This document shows positions 18,801-35,500 of a DNA stretch of 64,000 nt, one piece after another. The DNA comes from Bugula neritina (taxonomy: Eukaryota > Animalia > Bryozoa). The notes beneath the pieces were generated by a model. It saw nothing but the letters and a program-made list of their open reading frames with translations, ran no database searches and was not told the DNA's origin. The first letter of the stretch is position 1; the number at the start of each line of letters is the position of its first letter. A program made the translations under genes and the position numbers. The stretch lies in assembly GCA_964035545.1 (NCBI GenBank), contig OZ037766.1:2914001-2978000 (forward strand), written 5' to 3'.

Positions 18801-19172
18801 GACTTTACTGGCAGAAGTAGTAAAACTACTAAAAAGTGAAATGATTAGTTGTAACTATTACAGTCAAAAGATATACTTTAGGAAGTGTAATTTTCGTAAA
18901 TGTAAAATATGGATGCAAAATTCCTTCATTTCAATCATGGTTGTGCATATATTAGAAGGATTGTAGTGTGTGCATGTACATAAATATAAATTATCACTAA
19001 CATTATATGCAGGGCTATAATTTTATGCAGAATTTCTAGTCTAAGGTTGATAGGAATTTGGTTGGTTATATAAGCAAGTGTAAACACGTGACCACTTGGT
19101 CAGACAAGCTACGCATTGACCACTTTATCATTCCATCAACTCACCATTTCGTCACATCTCCAATCTACCAAC

Positions 19173-19581
19173 CCATCACTCCATCACTCCACGCTCCACA
19201 CTCCATCACTCCACACTCCACACTCCACACTCCATCACTCTACACTCCACACTCCATCACTCCATCACTCCACACTCCATCACTCCACACTCAATCACTC
19301 CACACTCCATCACTCCACACTCCATCACTCCACCACTCTATCACTCCACACTCCATCACTCCACCCTCCATCACTCCACACTCCATCACTCCACACTCAA
19401 TCACTCCACACTCCATCACTCCACACTCCATCACTCCACACTCAATCACTCCACACTCCATCACTCCACACTCAATCACTCCACACTCCATCACTCCACA
19501 CTCCATCACTCCATCACTCCACACTCCATCACTCCACACTCAATCACTCCACACTCCATCACTCCACACTCCATCACTCCA
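19173..19581. repeat. Intergenic minisatellite built from ACTCC / ATCACTCCAC units
   Basis: About 400 bp of a C/A-skewed array with a roughly 15-bp higher-order unit (CACACTCCATCACTC). Confidence 0.95.
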
Positions 19582-22500
19582 TTACAATTAATAAATTTGA
19601 CCAGCAGTGATCACTGAAAAATGCTCCCAGGACAATTTTGTGTAGAGAAATATATGGATAAAATCTATGGAATTTAAATCGAATGCTTATAATCGAAATA
19701 TTCAAGAAGGGTATAAATTCATAAACCATAGAGTTACAACGTTTCCAGGGTGTATTACCACTGTAGTGTTTACACTGAACTGAATGCTCTCTGCTATATG
19801 AATATACACTCAGATTACCTTCATTGAAGGACACCTACATCCAATAGGTGATAATAATGACTCAGCAATATCGATACTTATTGCATATTTAAACAATAAC
19901 TTTTTATATTTTTTATTCTATGCAACCAGGAAAAGCAAAAACACCGCAAGATGTTCTTTATTTAGCTTTGTTCTAAAATAATGCACATTCTGGTGTCTTT
20001 CTCCATCATCCGCTGAGAAGCAATTGGCAGAAAAAGGTGTATTGAGCAAATCACTGCAGAGACTTGCTATATTTATCTTCGTGCAGAAATCCAGTACTTC
20101 CCTCCTCTCTGCATGACATCACTGTGGTGACTGTCACCACCTGTTTCTATTCAGATACAGGTTACCTTGTCACAGGAAATCTGCTGATTATTCTAACTTA
20201 TTGTAAGAATAGCTTTGCTGATTGGCTCAGCGTTGCATTACAATATCTCCTAAATAGGCACATCCACCAAAACAAAAACAAAAAATGTCTCAGCATTATA
20301 TTCAGCCTTAATACAGTGATGAACACTTGGTCAAGTGAAATAGAGGAGGGTGCATTTTATTACCAGCCAGTAATTTAGCTAATGTTTTGGTACTCAATTC
20401 AACTCATCAGACTAAATTGCTAAAGCTGCATTGCTTGCCAGCTAAAATCATTAAATTTTATCCAACTGTAATGTACTCAAAAATGTGGAAATGAAGTAGC
20501 GTACTAGTTAAGTAGAGTTAAGTTATAACTCATCTGCATTCATTACATTCACTCATACAACTTTCAAGTTTATAGTGGACTAGTTTGTTCAAATATGAGT
20601 TTAATATAAACCATGTGCTAGAAGTAACTCATCTTCTGCGGTGAATTCACAGGCAAGTTTGATCACAATAGTTTGACATCTTTTCATCTATGTGGTAGAT
20701 TACCAAAATTTAGCTGAATAAATTAAATCCTGGGCTCTGTAATAGATACTGGTTAATGTGAATATTCTTAAAAGACAGTGTTGTACATCAACAAAACGAA
20801 ATTTGATCAAGTTCTAAAAGAAAAAGGGCTGCCAGTTTAACCGTCAGCCTTTATGTGCTGCTTTAGCAGCATTTTCATTCATCAATCGCGAGTGTGTTTA
20901 AATTTAGATTTGGAGTTATGCTCTCTACACTCACTTTTTGTCAATTTCACATTCTGGCTCATAGGACTTCTAATTATAGCTGTCACATGGATTTGCGTAG
21001 ATTTAAGATTGATTAGTAAATAATTCCATATCTAATTTCCATCGCACCGCTGGATTACGAGATTTCTAGGACTATTTGTCAATGCATTAATTATAATCAT
21101 ATGCAGTCGTACGTGGCCCAGGAAACGCCGCAGAGTTGCCATAACTTAATGTAAATAAAGTGGATAGTTGATGGACACCTGATACACACCAGTACCACCT
21201 GTCAAAGAGATGTTACCCGATAGCTTTATTGTTAACACCTAGTCTCTCTGATGCATACAAAGATGCATAAGTTTTATCTATAATCCAAACTAATAAAATA
21301 CATCATCCTTAGTTATTCGTTTATTACAAGTAAAACACATTAATGTAAAATCAGCTTGAGTTTTATAGTATAAAATAAAATAAGTTTTTACATAATTTTA
21401 TACATTTAGTTTTTTTTATTGTTTGAACATTTGTGTTTTACTCTTTCTAAATCTATCAACAATAAAAACTATTAAATAACATTAACTTTATTTTTAAGAC
21501 AGCAAACATTACACACATTGCATATGACAGAAATCAAATTTGCATAAATATGCCTTTCATGAACAGGTAGGCTATAATGTGCTTCACTGGAATTCAAATA
21601 GCAAATAGACTCAATTATATCTCCCAATATTATGGGGTAGACAGGCTTTATAGTATCCAAAGGTCAAGTATTAAGGCCAACATTTTATATCTGGAAAATA
21701 TTACATCACTGTTTAACACTTTATTTATTCTCAGGTGAATCGAAATTTTTTACTGAACTAAAATAATAGTCTCCCGATTCTATAAAAAGATAGGCTTCAC
21801 CTGCTGCTGTTGCCATATAATATTACTTGGTTGATATGACAATGCTATTTATAACTTGTAATAGAAATGCCAATCTACTGTCTCGTAAGCAAAATTGAAA
21901 AATAAAATTAGCATTAAATAAAGTAAAACTTGATCTCCAAGATAATATGTTGTAAATTAAATGAACTTGGAAAATAAGTTAAAAATATCTTAAAAATCAC
22001 ACATAGAGTCTATAACTTGATGTTCAAATTGTCTCTCTCATTCCAATCAAAGTTCTAAATAAACAATTAGTCACTCGAAATCGTCTCAGCGTCATAGTAG
22101 AACATTCTAGAATTACTCTAGTTTACAAATTTTAGCTGGCAATAAACACACAGACTCATTGCAGTATGCAAATAATATTACGTTTCTTCAGCTACAGTAA
22201 TGAAGAAATCTCATTAACTTTTAATCTTTATTAATTTTTTAAGGCGTGGGAGGAACTTTTGAGAGAATATAATTAAATTTGCTACATTTTTCATCTAGAA
22301 CACGGACTTTTACCAGTTTCTTCATTATCAAACCTCCTTCCTTCCGTATCATACTTCATTGCGAGTGTTTAGTTGAATAAGTAGGTCGCTGTGTTGTCCT
22401 TGCCCAGTGTAGCTGGCTGCAGTTTAGTTTAACACCCATGTGTGTCAGTGACAGGTCAAACCTTTGAGGCGTGACTTACAGGTGTGCAGAACTTGTTAGT

Positions 22501-25500
22501 ATACATATCTATGCAGCTCAGTCATTATAGCTTCATTTATTACCACGTCAATGTCATATAGTGTGAAAAGTTCACATTTCACTTGCAAGGCTGTCAGACT
22601 GGAAAGAACTTATAATATTTCAACTCATTTGAACTATAGAGATGGTATAACAATGTATTAAGGTAAGTTAATCTAAAATTGTCTAAGAATAATGGGAAGA
22701 CAGGGCTGAATTGATACCATTCGAGCCTGGGTTAGTCATGTTCACAATGCATACAGAGTATGCACTGAAGCGTGAAATGCTCTGTAGCCTCGCGAAACGT
22801 CCTTTTCCCTTGTGCAGTGATATTATGTTGTATGTTACAAGTATTTTATGGCAAGAAAGACAACTTCTCAAACTATCACAGGAGCAGAGGTTATGTAATA
22901 TCTTGACATCACAGTACCTTAGCAGCACCAACTATTGAATATGTGTGGCTATAGTCTCCACAATAGACTTGGTTTGGTAATAGTATGTGGGGTCAAAGAG
23001 CAAGTATGCTTTAGGCCACTGGCCTAGTGTATACTAGGCCAGTGGTCCCAATCTCATTGGCCTCTGGTGATGTAAGCATTCAGTCATAACTTCTCCTATA
23101 ATGTCACAACATACACACTCCTTGGCCAACTTGAAAGCTCCAGGCGTTCTCACAAGGTTGGAGACTTTGAGCAAATGTGTATTATTCATTTAAACTGAAG
23201 TGAATTGGCTCGATCCATCAGGTAACATGGAATTTTTAACCTTGCAAAGAACGAAGTGTGTAGATTTGTGAGACCATTACATCATTTCCAATTCACTGTG
23301 TTTGGGTGAAAATGGTCTTAGCAACCGAGTAGTTAGTCATATACTGCTACTCCTCTTCAAACTGTTAGTCATAGTCTCTTGTGCAACAATATGACTGGAC
23401 TCTCCCACCCAATACATACAAGAATTACAATAACTGGCTTTCCCCCTTTCAGTTCTCCCTTTTGTTAGTCAGTATCTAGGCACTGCCAAGTGCTAAACTC
23501 AATCACTATTGGTAACAATGCATATTGTTTACTTCAAACTCGTGGGGTAACCCAGACGTCACACTCTGCGGAATTCGTTAACAAATGCATTTCTTCATTT
23601 ATTTTGGTTGATAACAGTGACCTACATTTATATTAATTAAATGTAAATCCTGTTTCAGAAGTTGTTATGTTTGCTAAGGTCAACCTTAGTCATGTGTAAG
23701 GGCGGAACCATGCATTACTGAGTGCAATACTTTGTATGGAGGTTGTCGTAAGAGGCATTCCTCAGATTTGATAACACTATCATGTAGTATGCTCTATAGC
23801 TAATAAACCATAGGCGCCATTGAAAGCCATCTTATGCGACAAAGCAAACAACCTTCGCTCAGCCGTGAAATAGCGGAAATTATCTGTGAGCGGATCTCGA
23901 AATATTACACCAGGGTTGCATATTTATAACTTTCAAGTTCAAAAATTTGAATATTTTATTATTATGCATATTAAATATTTTTAAAAAAATTATATTGCTG
24001 CAAGTAACTTTTTAATTACATTTAAATGTTTAAAATTTAATTAAAACAAAGAATATTGATTAAAAGCCCCCTTGTTAGATCAGCTTTCAATCCGGCAGTG
24101 AACTTTGATTGATCGTTTCGCTAGTGCCAATGTGCACGGTTGATAGCACCTACGTCAGTTCACGCATCTAATCAATTGCTCATAACCAAGTTACTATAAA
24201 TAGTCGAGTTGTAGGTGGTAGAGGGTGGTTTATAAATATCGCAATAGCTTATAAAAAGTTAATCAACCAGAAAATAGGTCGTATCCAGACTTACTTGCCT
24301 AGCAGCTAGCCAAAATGGCGGGAGTAAATTTTTTACTTAGGCTACCACTTCCGTTGTAATAATAAAGCCAACAAACTACACTGGGCCATTATGCATAAAA
24401 CTCATTTCAGCTGCTACTAAATAACAATAGCTACAAATTGTTTAGATATCTAAAATCTGAAATTAACTTGGCTTTACTTATTAGATGTACCTGGTTCATT
24501 TTCCACCTAACGTACCATTCGTACATCACTTTGATTTCTAGCTCGACTGGACTGCGTTATATTATTAGTGAATGAACAGCAAGGAGCGTAGGCGTTTCAC
24601 TGGTGTGCAGTGAATGCAGCAGCCAGTTGCATAATAATCAGCCAATTCCACGCTGACAAGTAGAAACCAGGGTCTATAGATTATCTGTTACAGTTGCAGT
24701 CTCCCTAGGGAAGTACGTATTGATTAATTATTAACCAGTTAATATAAGTTAATACTGTTGCTGGAGTGTATATTATATAGCTGTATGCCGCTATGAGAAA
24801 CATAGCTAATGGAAGCCTTTTGTATGATGTATATATTTTTAGAATAAACTCAATTTTAGCTTGTCTGAAATAAATCATTTCCCTTTGAACAATGTTTTCT
24901 ATTGAAGTTATTAAATGAAAAACTGCAACCTTGTTATGCTTGATTTGAGTTGAAAAGTTACAATTATAGATGCATAAATATAGAATCGTGCTTGGTTCAG
25001 GATTTCTATTTTAATATCCACAAACAGACAACCTTTCATGCTACAAGTGTTTGCCGTATAATAATGCTAACAACATCCTCAAACTGCGGCTCATTGCAAT
25101 GACTAATACAATAGTAAAAACACGCCAGGCACATGGTTGTGACTCATTCACTTGCTATCTCAGTAACTGAAGGGAAATCACTTATAAAATGGCTGAACGG
25201 AAGGAGAATCCTTATTTATGTGAGTAAACACTTAGCTATTCCAAGGGAAACACCTAGTATTCTATTTATAAGCTGGCAAATAGAGCTATAATGTTCCACC
25301 CACACAATTTATATAGCCGGAGTGGAGATGACATTTTCCACTGATGAACGACGTTATGTAGGTAGTAATGCAAGTGTGCTACATTGCAGAGCCATGCGTA
25401 GCCAAAACGTGATGAGTGCATTCACGAAACCTGATGCATACGTTTATGTAAAAAGTCAAGCCCAGGTCATTTCTTTCAAATGCACATACCAGAAGCATTG

Positions 25501-26095
25501 TCAAAAATATATATATATACCAGCAACTTAGCTCAGTGCCATGCATGATTCAGTCGAGGCTTTGCTAAACTAGCCCAGAAAATGTAGTGCAGGGGTTAAA
25601 GAACTCTGGCTAAGAGCATGTTGACTATAAAGTGAAGTATTTGGGTGGATCTGCATGTGTATCCTGTTGGAGACCAGAGTGAGGCCAGCTAGTGGCAGCA
25701 CTGTGAATATTTGTAAATGCTATGCTGGTATTTACTCACTGCACTGGTGAGGCATTTACTGTTATAGTACAGCAAAGTTGTATCGAGTGCACATGACCTT
25801 ATGGCTTACAGGATTCTACAATAAGTACTTTACACAACTATTATAGCAAGTACAGGACAAATTTAGCTAATAACTATAAATATGGATATATGGCTTGCTA
25901 ATAAATGGCACGGTTTGTGTATTGTTAGCTGTGCTTTGTTTTGTTTGCGAAGTATTTGATATATTTACTGTTCGGAAACTGCGGGTTGCAGTGTTACTAG
26001 ACTTTGCCAACCGGCTATTACTAAGTCCTAGTGCATGCCATCGACTGCTATTTTGATAAAGTACTGCTTTATTTTTAGAGTACTAACGTAAATCC

Positions 26096-26270
26096 TACGT
26101 CAGAAGTTCCCTTCGCGCTATTGGCTAATAGCTGCTAGCCAACAAGTTAAATGCAATCGGAACTCCATATAAGGAAAGTAGGCGGAGCTTATGCAATAAC
26201 TACAGGGGATAGACCTCGCAAACGTTATTGCGTATATTTGCACCATAGCTAGTAGTTCATGCGTGGGTGG
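26096..26270 (+). promoter_or_regulatory. EGR proximal promoter: CRE half-site, Ets+CArG serum response element, EGR-like site
   Basis: TACGTCA at 26096-26102; CGGAA at 26158-26162 next to a perfect CArG box CCATATAAGG at 26165-26174; GCGTGGGTG at 26261-26269. Confidence 0.72.
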
Positions 26271-26375
26271 CAAAGGATCTCCTCTAGCGAAAGGTTTCCC
26301 TGATTTACAATAAATAGAAATTACCAGAATTATTTGTGTCATTCATTGTTTACTCTTGCTGAGTGAAGTATCAGT

Positions 26376-27856
<1,481 letters not shown>

Positions 27857-30800
27857 TATCTTATAGTTCTATTATCTCATTGTATATAAAATGGCTCTGT
27901 ATAAATTTATTTCTTATAATAATAATTATTGTTGCAAATGATAAAAAGCAATTTTTTTAATGTATATTTCTATTTTAAATAAAATGTTACAAGAAACTTA
28001 TAGAAGTGTGTTATAATATTTACTTCCAACACCAATTGCTCTTAGTAATTTAACTTGTAAGCCACCCCTGTCTCCACCACTGTCTCCACCCCTACCTTTA
28101 AACCTAGTATAACATGCAGTCTGATAATTTACACAACTGTACTAAGACTAAATGACTACTCCTGGCTACTACTCTACAAAGCAATGACTGTAAAGATACA
28201 CTAGTTTTTAGCATTACATAACTTCATTTGCTATTTTTAGAAGCCTATTAATGTTAACTATGCACACACAGTCTATATATCTTCATTAAGCAAAAATCCT
28301 GAAGCCATGGTGGAAGAAGCAATGCTGCTAACAAGATATTACTCCACATTGTATATACATAATTAATGGTTGCTTTAAAATACTGCAATCCTCAGTTGAA
28401 AGTTGCTAGGATGTAAAAATCTAGGCACACTTGCTTCATCAACCATAAAGCATCAATACATGCTCTAGATAATGAGAAATATGATAGAGAGCTCGTCTTT
28501 CCTTGCATAACTCCTCACTAAATTATTATAAATCATTGACTGGAAGGCTGCTTACGTCTTAACAAAAAATTTAAGTTATTGTGCGAGTGATGGTCATGCA
28601 CGTGCCACTGAGTTTGAATTGAAATTTTGCCATGTCGCTTTCTACGATTAATTATTCAACCTAGTTACACGGTCAGCCATGCAGTGAATTTCTACCACCT
28701 ATTAAACATACAGCACAGTTTTGGCCTATGTATTGTTGCTATATTTTATACATTAGCAGAAGGACTAGTTGATAAATTAGATCATTATATTGTTGTGAGG
28801 AATAAAAAAGTTGGGCATTATTTAAAGAGAGCCACACCTGTGAAAAGATTTATTATGATATTACACTTGCCAAATGGGTTAGAATGCAAGACCATCTATT
28901 TCCATGTTGATACGTTGCAGTAGATTGTAATAAGTACTAGAAAAATATATCAAGCTTATATCATATATGCACATTATTCTTTCAGGTTTAACATGCATGC
29001 AATTATGCTATAAGGTAAATCACCGGGTTGATGCATTATTCTCAAATAAAATGGTTTAAGAAAATTAATGTATCGAGGTTTACCAATTACTTTGATATCT
29101 TAAGTCCATCTTCAAAGATACATTAAGTCTTATAAGTCACAGACACATAATTCAACTAATCTCAGGACTCTGTCGAGTTTGACCATGCAGTTGTGTCTAA
29201 TTTGTCATGTTTGCTGCGTTGTTAAAAAATCTTTCTTCCTGAGCATACTAGATCAATTTCCCTCCTTCTGCAACCTTTCCTTGATCTCTACTTTTCTCCA
29301 TGTCCTGCAACTTCGCCTTTCTCAGTGATGTCTATTCTTTACCTCTTCATATTCTGATCTTTATAATAGCTAAAGCCTAATTTTCTGATTGTGAGAAAGT
29401 TGTACTAAAATAATGCATAATCCTAAGTTAATAGGAATGTACTGAACCATAATCTAATATATATACTCTATACATTTATAAATTTTACTACACACTATTT
29501 GTTTCAAAACCAATAGGTTTTTTAGAGCCCAAATGTAATTGGTTAATATAATATATTAGAAAAGTGCACAGCACAAAGCAAAACTGAACAGAAAAGCTTA
29601 CACTTTTTGCTTTACACATTACTCTTCTGAGAGCTAACTCAGTGTAGTCTTTTTCAATGCATAATCATAATTATTGATTTTAAAACAAGATTTTTCATTA
29701 CTGCTTTGTGTTTTGAATATTATGTACATGCAAATAATAATATATACATGGTTAGATATATAGAGCTTTAGAAAAACCTCACCTTTTGAGTTTTTAAATA
29801 AAACATTCACAAATTTTATATTAATGTAACTTTATACTATATTGTAGATGCAATACTGGCTAACATTGGTTATTATTCTTTTCAACTATTTACTATTAGG
29901 CACAATATATGTTTGTCTGAGAAGACAACTCTATATTGTATTGGGTTATATAACTTTATAAATGAGGGAAATGCCATCGTTACATATTATTGTCATTGTT
30001 TACTAGCTAGCAACTGTTTATTTCTTACGTTATAATCAAGAAACTAAAGTAATTACAGCTACAATGTTAATGACTTCAATCTTTCAGAATTAAATTTAGA
30101 GTTAAAATATATCATGCATATTATATGTACAACTCTTTTTGAGTTTTCAACACCAAGAAAGAATGCAACTACGCTTATTTGCAGAGTGTTTAATAGAATT
30201 TCTCAAAAGCTGAATTGCTCCAGTAGCTCTCATTTCAAAACTTTTTAAGAGCAAAGCATCAATGCTTGGTTTAACTGTTGCCACTTTAAGTTAGTGCATA
30301 AAATTAGATGTGCAGCATAATGATGCATCAGTGGGATTTTTTGGTAAAAAGTGATCAATTTCATGAAATGGGCATAAATATAATACACTATCTGACAAGT
30401 TAATTGATTCTTGACATATTACTATGGTGGTAAAATAAATTGTTTTGCATATATGTTGTGAACATACACACAACTTTGGTATTTAGTTAAACACTAAAAC
30501 ATCTAAATTTTATCACAATGTTACCATTCAAATAATTTGCATAATATTATGAATAATCTTATATTAAATTCCCACAAAATAGTTCCTCTGATCACTGAAT
30601 TGAAATTTAAAATGCTAATCAAGTGCCAACTAACTTTTTTAGTAAAGTGCGGAGTTATTGGTACAACAACAAGTAAGCTTGGGTCCTTCCTCGGGTTGAG
30701 AAAATAATATTATGCGAATTACTGAATTGGAACACGTTATACTATTTTATTTGAGTGATGCGAATCACTGAACTACAAAATAAAAGTTTTAATTTCATAA

Positions 30801-31029
30801 AGTGAAATTTTATCCATGAAACTTGGTCTAACATAAAATTTCCAAGTTCTGCTCCTAAATGTAGTGGAGCTGATAGTGCTACTAACCAGGAACTTATAAC
30901 AATAATTCACGTTTATTAGAAAGTAGTACAGGTATTTATTTTATTTGCGTTGAATTTAAATTGCAATGTTTTTAGTTTAGGATTTTATTTTTACTTAGTA
31001 TCGTAGTTATATTTTATTTGGGTAACTAA

Positions 31030-31710
31030 TAGTAATACACTTAATGACTTATAGTTATAGTAATAGTTATAGTTATACAGTATCAGCATGAGTATTACTA
31101 TTAGTATTAGTATTACTATTAGTATTAGTATTACTATTAGTATTACACTTTACACTTTACACTTTACAGTATAGGTAATACTATTAGTAATTACCATTAC
31201 CATTAGTACTAATAGTAATAGTAATAAGAGTAATAGTTATAGTAATAGTTGTCATAGTTTATTAGTTATACTCAAACTGATACTCATACTCATAGTCATA
31301 GTTATACTGACAGTGATACTCATTACTATTAGTAATACTAATAGTATTAGTATTACTATCAGTATGACTATGACTATGAGTATCAGTTTGAGTATAACTA
31401 TTACAACTATTACTATAACTATTACTCTTATTACTATTAGTATTAGTATTACTATTAGTATTAGTATTACTATAACTATAAGTATTACTAAATCTAATAT
31501 GGATAGCATTACTATTACTATCAGTAATTTTACCTATTACTATACTTATAGTAATGTACAGATATTGATAGTGATACTCATACTCATGATGATACAGTTA
31601 ACAGACAGCTAGCTGTTAAAATTTAATTTTATACTTATAGTTATACCAGTATTACTATTACTGTATTAGCGTAACAAATAGTCATAGTCATAGTGAAACT
31701 GAAAGTCACT
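31030..31710. repeat. 6-bp-periodic ACT/AGT low-complexity tract upstream of BIN3
   Basis: Runs of AGTATT, ACTATT, ACTCAT and AGTCAT hexamers; these generate spurious Ile/Ser/Thr ORFs. Confidence 0.85.
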
Positions 31711-32539
31711 TACTCTCTGTTTAACATCATTAATTTTCAAAATTAACGTTGATTCACCCACATTGAATTCACAGTTTTGTTGTTGTGATTGAGAACAAGA
31801 CTAAAATTAACTACAAGTATAGCTATTGGTATTAGTCAATTTCATTACCACTTCCAATTGTTGTCATGATTATGTGATGATTGTAGCTGTTATTGTATTG
31901 TTTTATTTGTTATTCATGCAAGTATTATTATGTTCATTTTATATTCTTTAGCCTTAAATTAAGTTTAAATATAAACTCTTTGAGTCATTAAACATGTGGA
32001 TTAGTCTGCCATTGTGGTTATCCTTATGATAATGATTTTCATCAATTAAACTTACTAGTTTATTCATCTCTTCATATTCAAGTTTAAAATTTAAGTAACA
32101 CTTGAAAAATAATTGATAGATACTGTTGCTATTGTAAAATAAGTAAGAGCAAAAGGTTTACTGATCATTCACAGACAATAAAATAGAATATTTATCAAAT
32201 ATCATTATTATAATAAATCACCATGATGGCAGTTAAAAACACGGTAAACGTGTACACACAGAACCAATAGTCACAAAAATTTGACTTATGATTGTGTAAA
32301 TGTTTATCGAAAGCATAAAACTTAAGAAACTAGCTTATTCAAAACTATGCATCCTATAAGTCACTGCTACATGGTGTATCATTTCCTCTTGAATTAAATT
32401 TTTCAATATGTACTCATTGTTCAACTGTTGAGGGAATATTTTTGCATACAACATATTCTTATTTGTTCTAGCTTTCTATTTTGATTTTTAGCTAACCCTT
32501 TCGTTAGTTTCTGTAGTTGCGATTGAGGAGAGCACAATC

Positions 32540-35500
32540 ATGAATTGGTAAGTGAAAGGACTGTATAGAACCTGCAAGCTGCTGCTACTCACTGCCTTTT
32601 AGATTTAATATGAATATACAGTAATATTTTGTTACTAAGCTATCTGTCGTCTTTTGCTGATCATTTTATCCTTTTAAGTTGTTGAATTAAATTTTCTGTG
32701 CTTTGGCTGCTGTAAATGATCACCATGTGTATACACCGCTTCTAAACTGAAATTTAATCAAATTTAATGAGTATAGTTACAACTTTGGTCATCATCAGTA
32801 TTATCCCATTATTTTAACAGTTGTGCTTAGAAAACGGAACAGGTTTAAAAATGAATATGTTCAAGTTGTAAATGTTGTATTTTCAATCAAATATAACATA
32901 TATTTTTAAGGGAACGAGTATTGAAGGACACCCAGGCTATTAAAGCTTCATCTGTACTAAGTACAGGGGTAGGTCATGATCACTAAATCCTACCTAGACT
33001 GTGTTTTCATAACATATTATGTTCTTGTACTCTTCTTCATTGTGAGTTTACATGAGTGTGAATTCGTGGGCTCTAAACTATATCTCTGAACAACATTTTA
33101 TCAATGCAATGCTGAAATTTTGTTTTTGTTATTCACAGGAAAGTAGAGATTTTCTATTTAGAGCCAAGAAGCTGGAAGAGTAAGTATAAAAAGTATTTCA
33201 AGTTGAAAAGAAAAATATCTCCGTGTAGATTCCTTCTTTTTTTGGCAGAGTTTGAACTCATTAACTCAGCTAACTTTCACATCACTTTCCTAGCAATCTT
33301 TGTTTTTGATTTGAGTGAGGTGCTTCAATAGCAAAGCTATGTTAGAGTCTTGTATTTTTCTAGACTGGAAAACATCAGCCAGATGCTGCATAAAGACTCA
33401 AAGGCATTGGCTGAAAGAGATGCCGGTACGGAAATATAATTGAATGTTTCAAGTCACTTCAATAAACCCTTTTTCAATGTCCCTAATGTTTAAATTATAG
33501 TTGAAAGTTATGCCACCTTAGCAGGTACATTCTTTTATCAAGCTTCTATTAACCAGAGTGATGGCAGCCAGCACACCTGATTATTAATCAAATTTTATAT
33601 CCTAGCTGTCACTGCAGCACTTCCCAATAAGCAAATGACCATGAAAATGTTTTTAAGTTCATTTCTTTTCAAAATTTATTATAAAGAAAAACTATTAAGT
33701 GGTTTTTTGAAATACTAATGTGTGTACTACTACTGCAATTAATTTTTATGCCGTCTGTAGCTTTTATAAATGATTTGGCATGCGTGGGCTGCCTCTGCCT
33801 TGATGAATGGGGAGGGGAGCTATTGTGGCTGCTATTATGTTCTACTACTAGCTTTAGTCTCTAAAATAATCAGTTCTTATCTAGCAGTTGAATTGAAAGG
33901 TTACAGATTGGAAGAGGTTATCATAATATTTATAAATTAGATAGATATAGTACTGTGTTGTACAGTTAGAATTACAAAGGTATGTTTGCTTGTTTGTGTT
34001 GTTAAACATTATTTTGTACAGTTATGTATCATGTCGTTGAGATTTCTTTGGTGTTTCAGTGTTACATTTTTACTGTTGAACAAATAATCATTATTAAAGA
34101 ATGTTAGTCTCCTATATATTTTGCTGTTGAAGATTTATTATGTGTACTTTTAGATTTCACGCTGTTATTAGATTCGATAAAAGGAACAGTTGAATTCTAA
34201 TTAGTGAATCTAACTAATCCCCTACAATCACATAGTACTATATAAAGTTATATCCAGAAGGATATAACCAATCAGAGGGCAATCTACATAAATGCCAGCT
34301 AGCAGTCAGCATAAATCTGCTAAAACTACCAAAATATTTGTTTTATAAAGAAACAAATATTTATAACATAGTTTAGATTATATGTAGCAGTTTAAAGTTT
34401 TAATGAGGCTGCTCTATATAAGAAGTTGGAAGTGTGTACCTGCTAAGAGGGCATAACTCCTAAATATAAATTTGAGTAATATGGATATTGAAAAAGGCCT
34501 ATTAGTGTTTCATGTTACTTATTACCTGAATTTTTTACTATATTTACTAGTTTTAGTTTGAGACTGGCATTTCATACATGTTATAAATAGCGAGACATGT
34601 AATGAGCTTTTGATATTTGTGGTGTACAACAGCAAGTCTAAAATTAAAGGAATAAACGAGTTAATGCACTACATTGTAGCTGACAGAGTTATACTCCTGT
34701 ATACTTGTATATACTCCTGTATACTTGTATATACTCCTGTATGTTTGTATATACTCCTGTATACTTGTATATACTTCTGTATGCTTGTATATCCTCATAT
34801 ATATGCTTGTAGAAGTGGTGAAAGCACAGAAGAAGTTGGTTGATGATTTGGGTGCAAGTCTACCAATACAGGAGGACAAAACTCTAACTGATGGACTGAG
34901 GGAGTGGACAGAGCACATTAAACAGCAGGAAGAGCTGCTTGCCACTACGGTAGATCCCTAACCTATTGTTGTGTTGGGGGGGGGGGGTTGAGACTTGAGC
35001 CCCGCCCTACCTGATGTGTAGAGAACTATACTATACCTAAATATATTATAACTAGCTATACTATATCTAATTAAATAACATTTGAAGTTTGACCCTTGAA
35101 CACAGGTAACCAGTAGCTTCATTAGAAGTAGTTACAGGTTAGGCGTGGTGTGCGCTTATGCAGGTGAATATTGTGACAGTGTGACAGTTGATTGACTCAT
35201 CTGTGTTTTGGTGACTCACATCTGGTACTGGTTTGTCTTGTAGGCTAGCGATATGAACAAAGTAATGGTGGAGCCTGTGAAGAAGTAGGTTCAGTCTAGT
35301 TACTTACCTTTCAGTATGCTAACTTACTTCTTAGTGCACTTACTTATGGGTTCAGATACTTACCTCTCAGTGCACTTACCTTTGGGTTCAGATACTTACC
35401 TCTCAGTACACTTACCTTTGGGTTCAGATATTTACCTCTCAGTACACTTACCTTTGGGTTCAGATACTTACCTCTCTGTACACTTACCTCTCTGTACACT

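Noticed and set aside
19058-19610. His/Thr/Pro/Ser-rich ORFs of 164-177 aa
   Set aside because: Products of the ACTCC minisatellite, open in several frames, with no splice context.
31252-31612. Hydrophobic Ile/Val/Leu and Ile/Ser/Thr ORFs resembling membrane proteins
   Set aside because: Translations of the hexamer-periodic tract.
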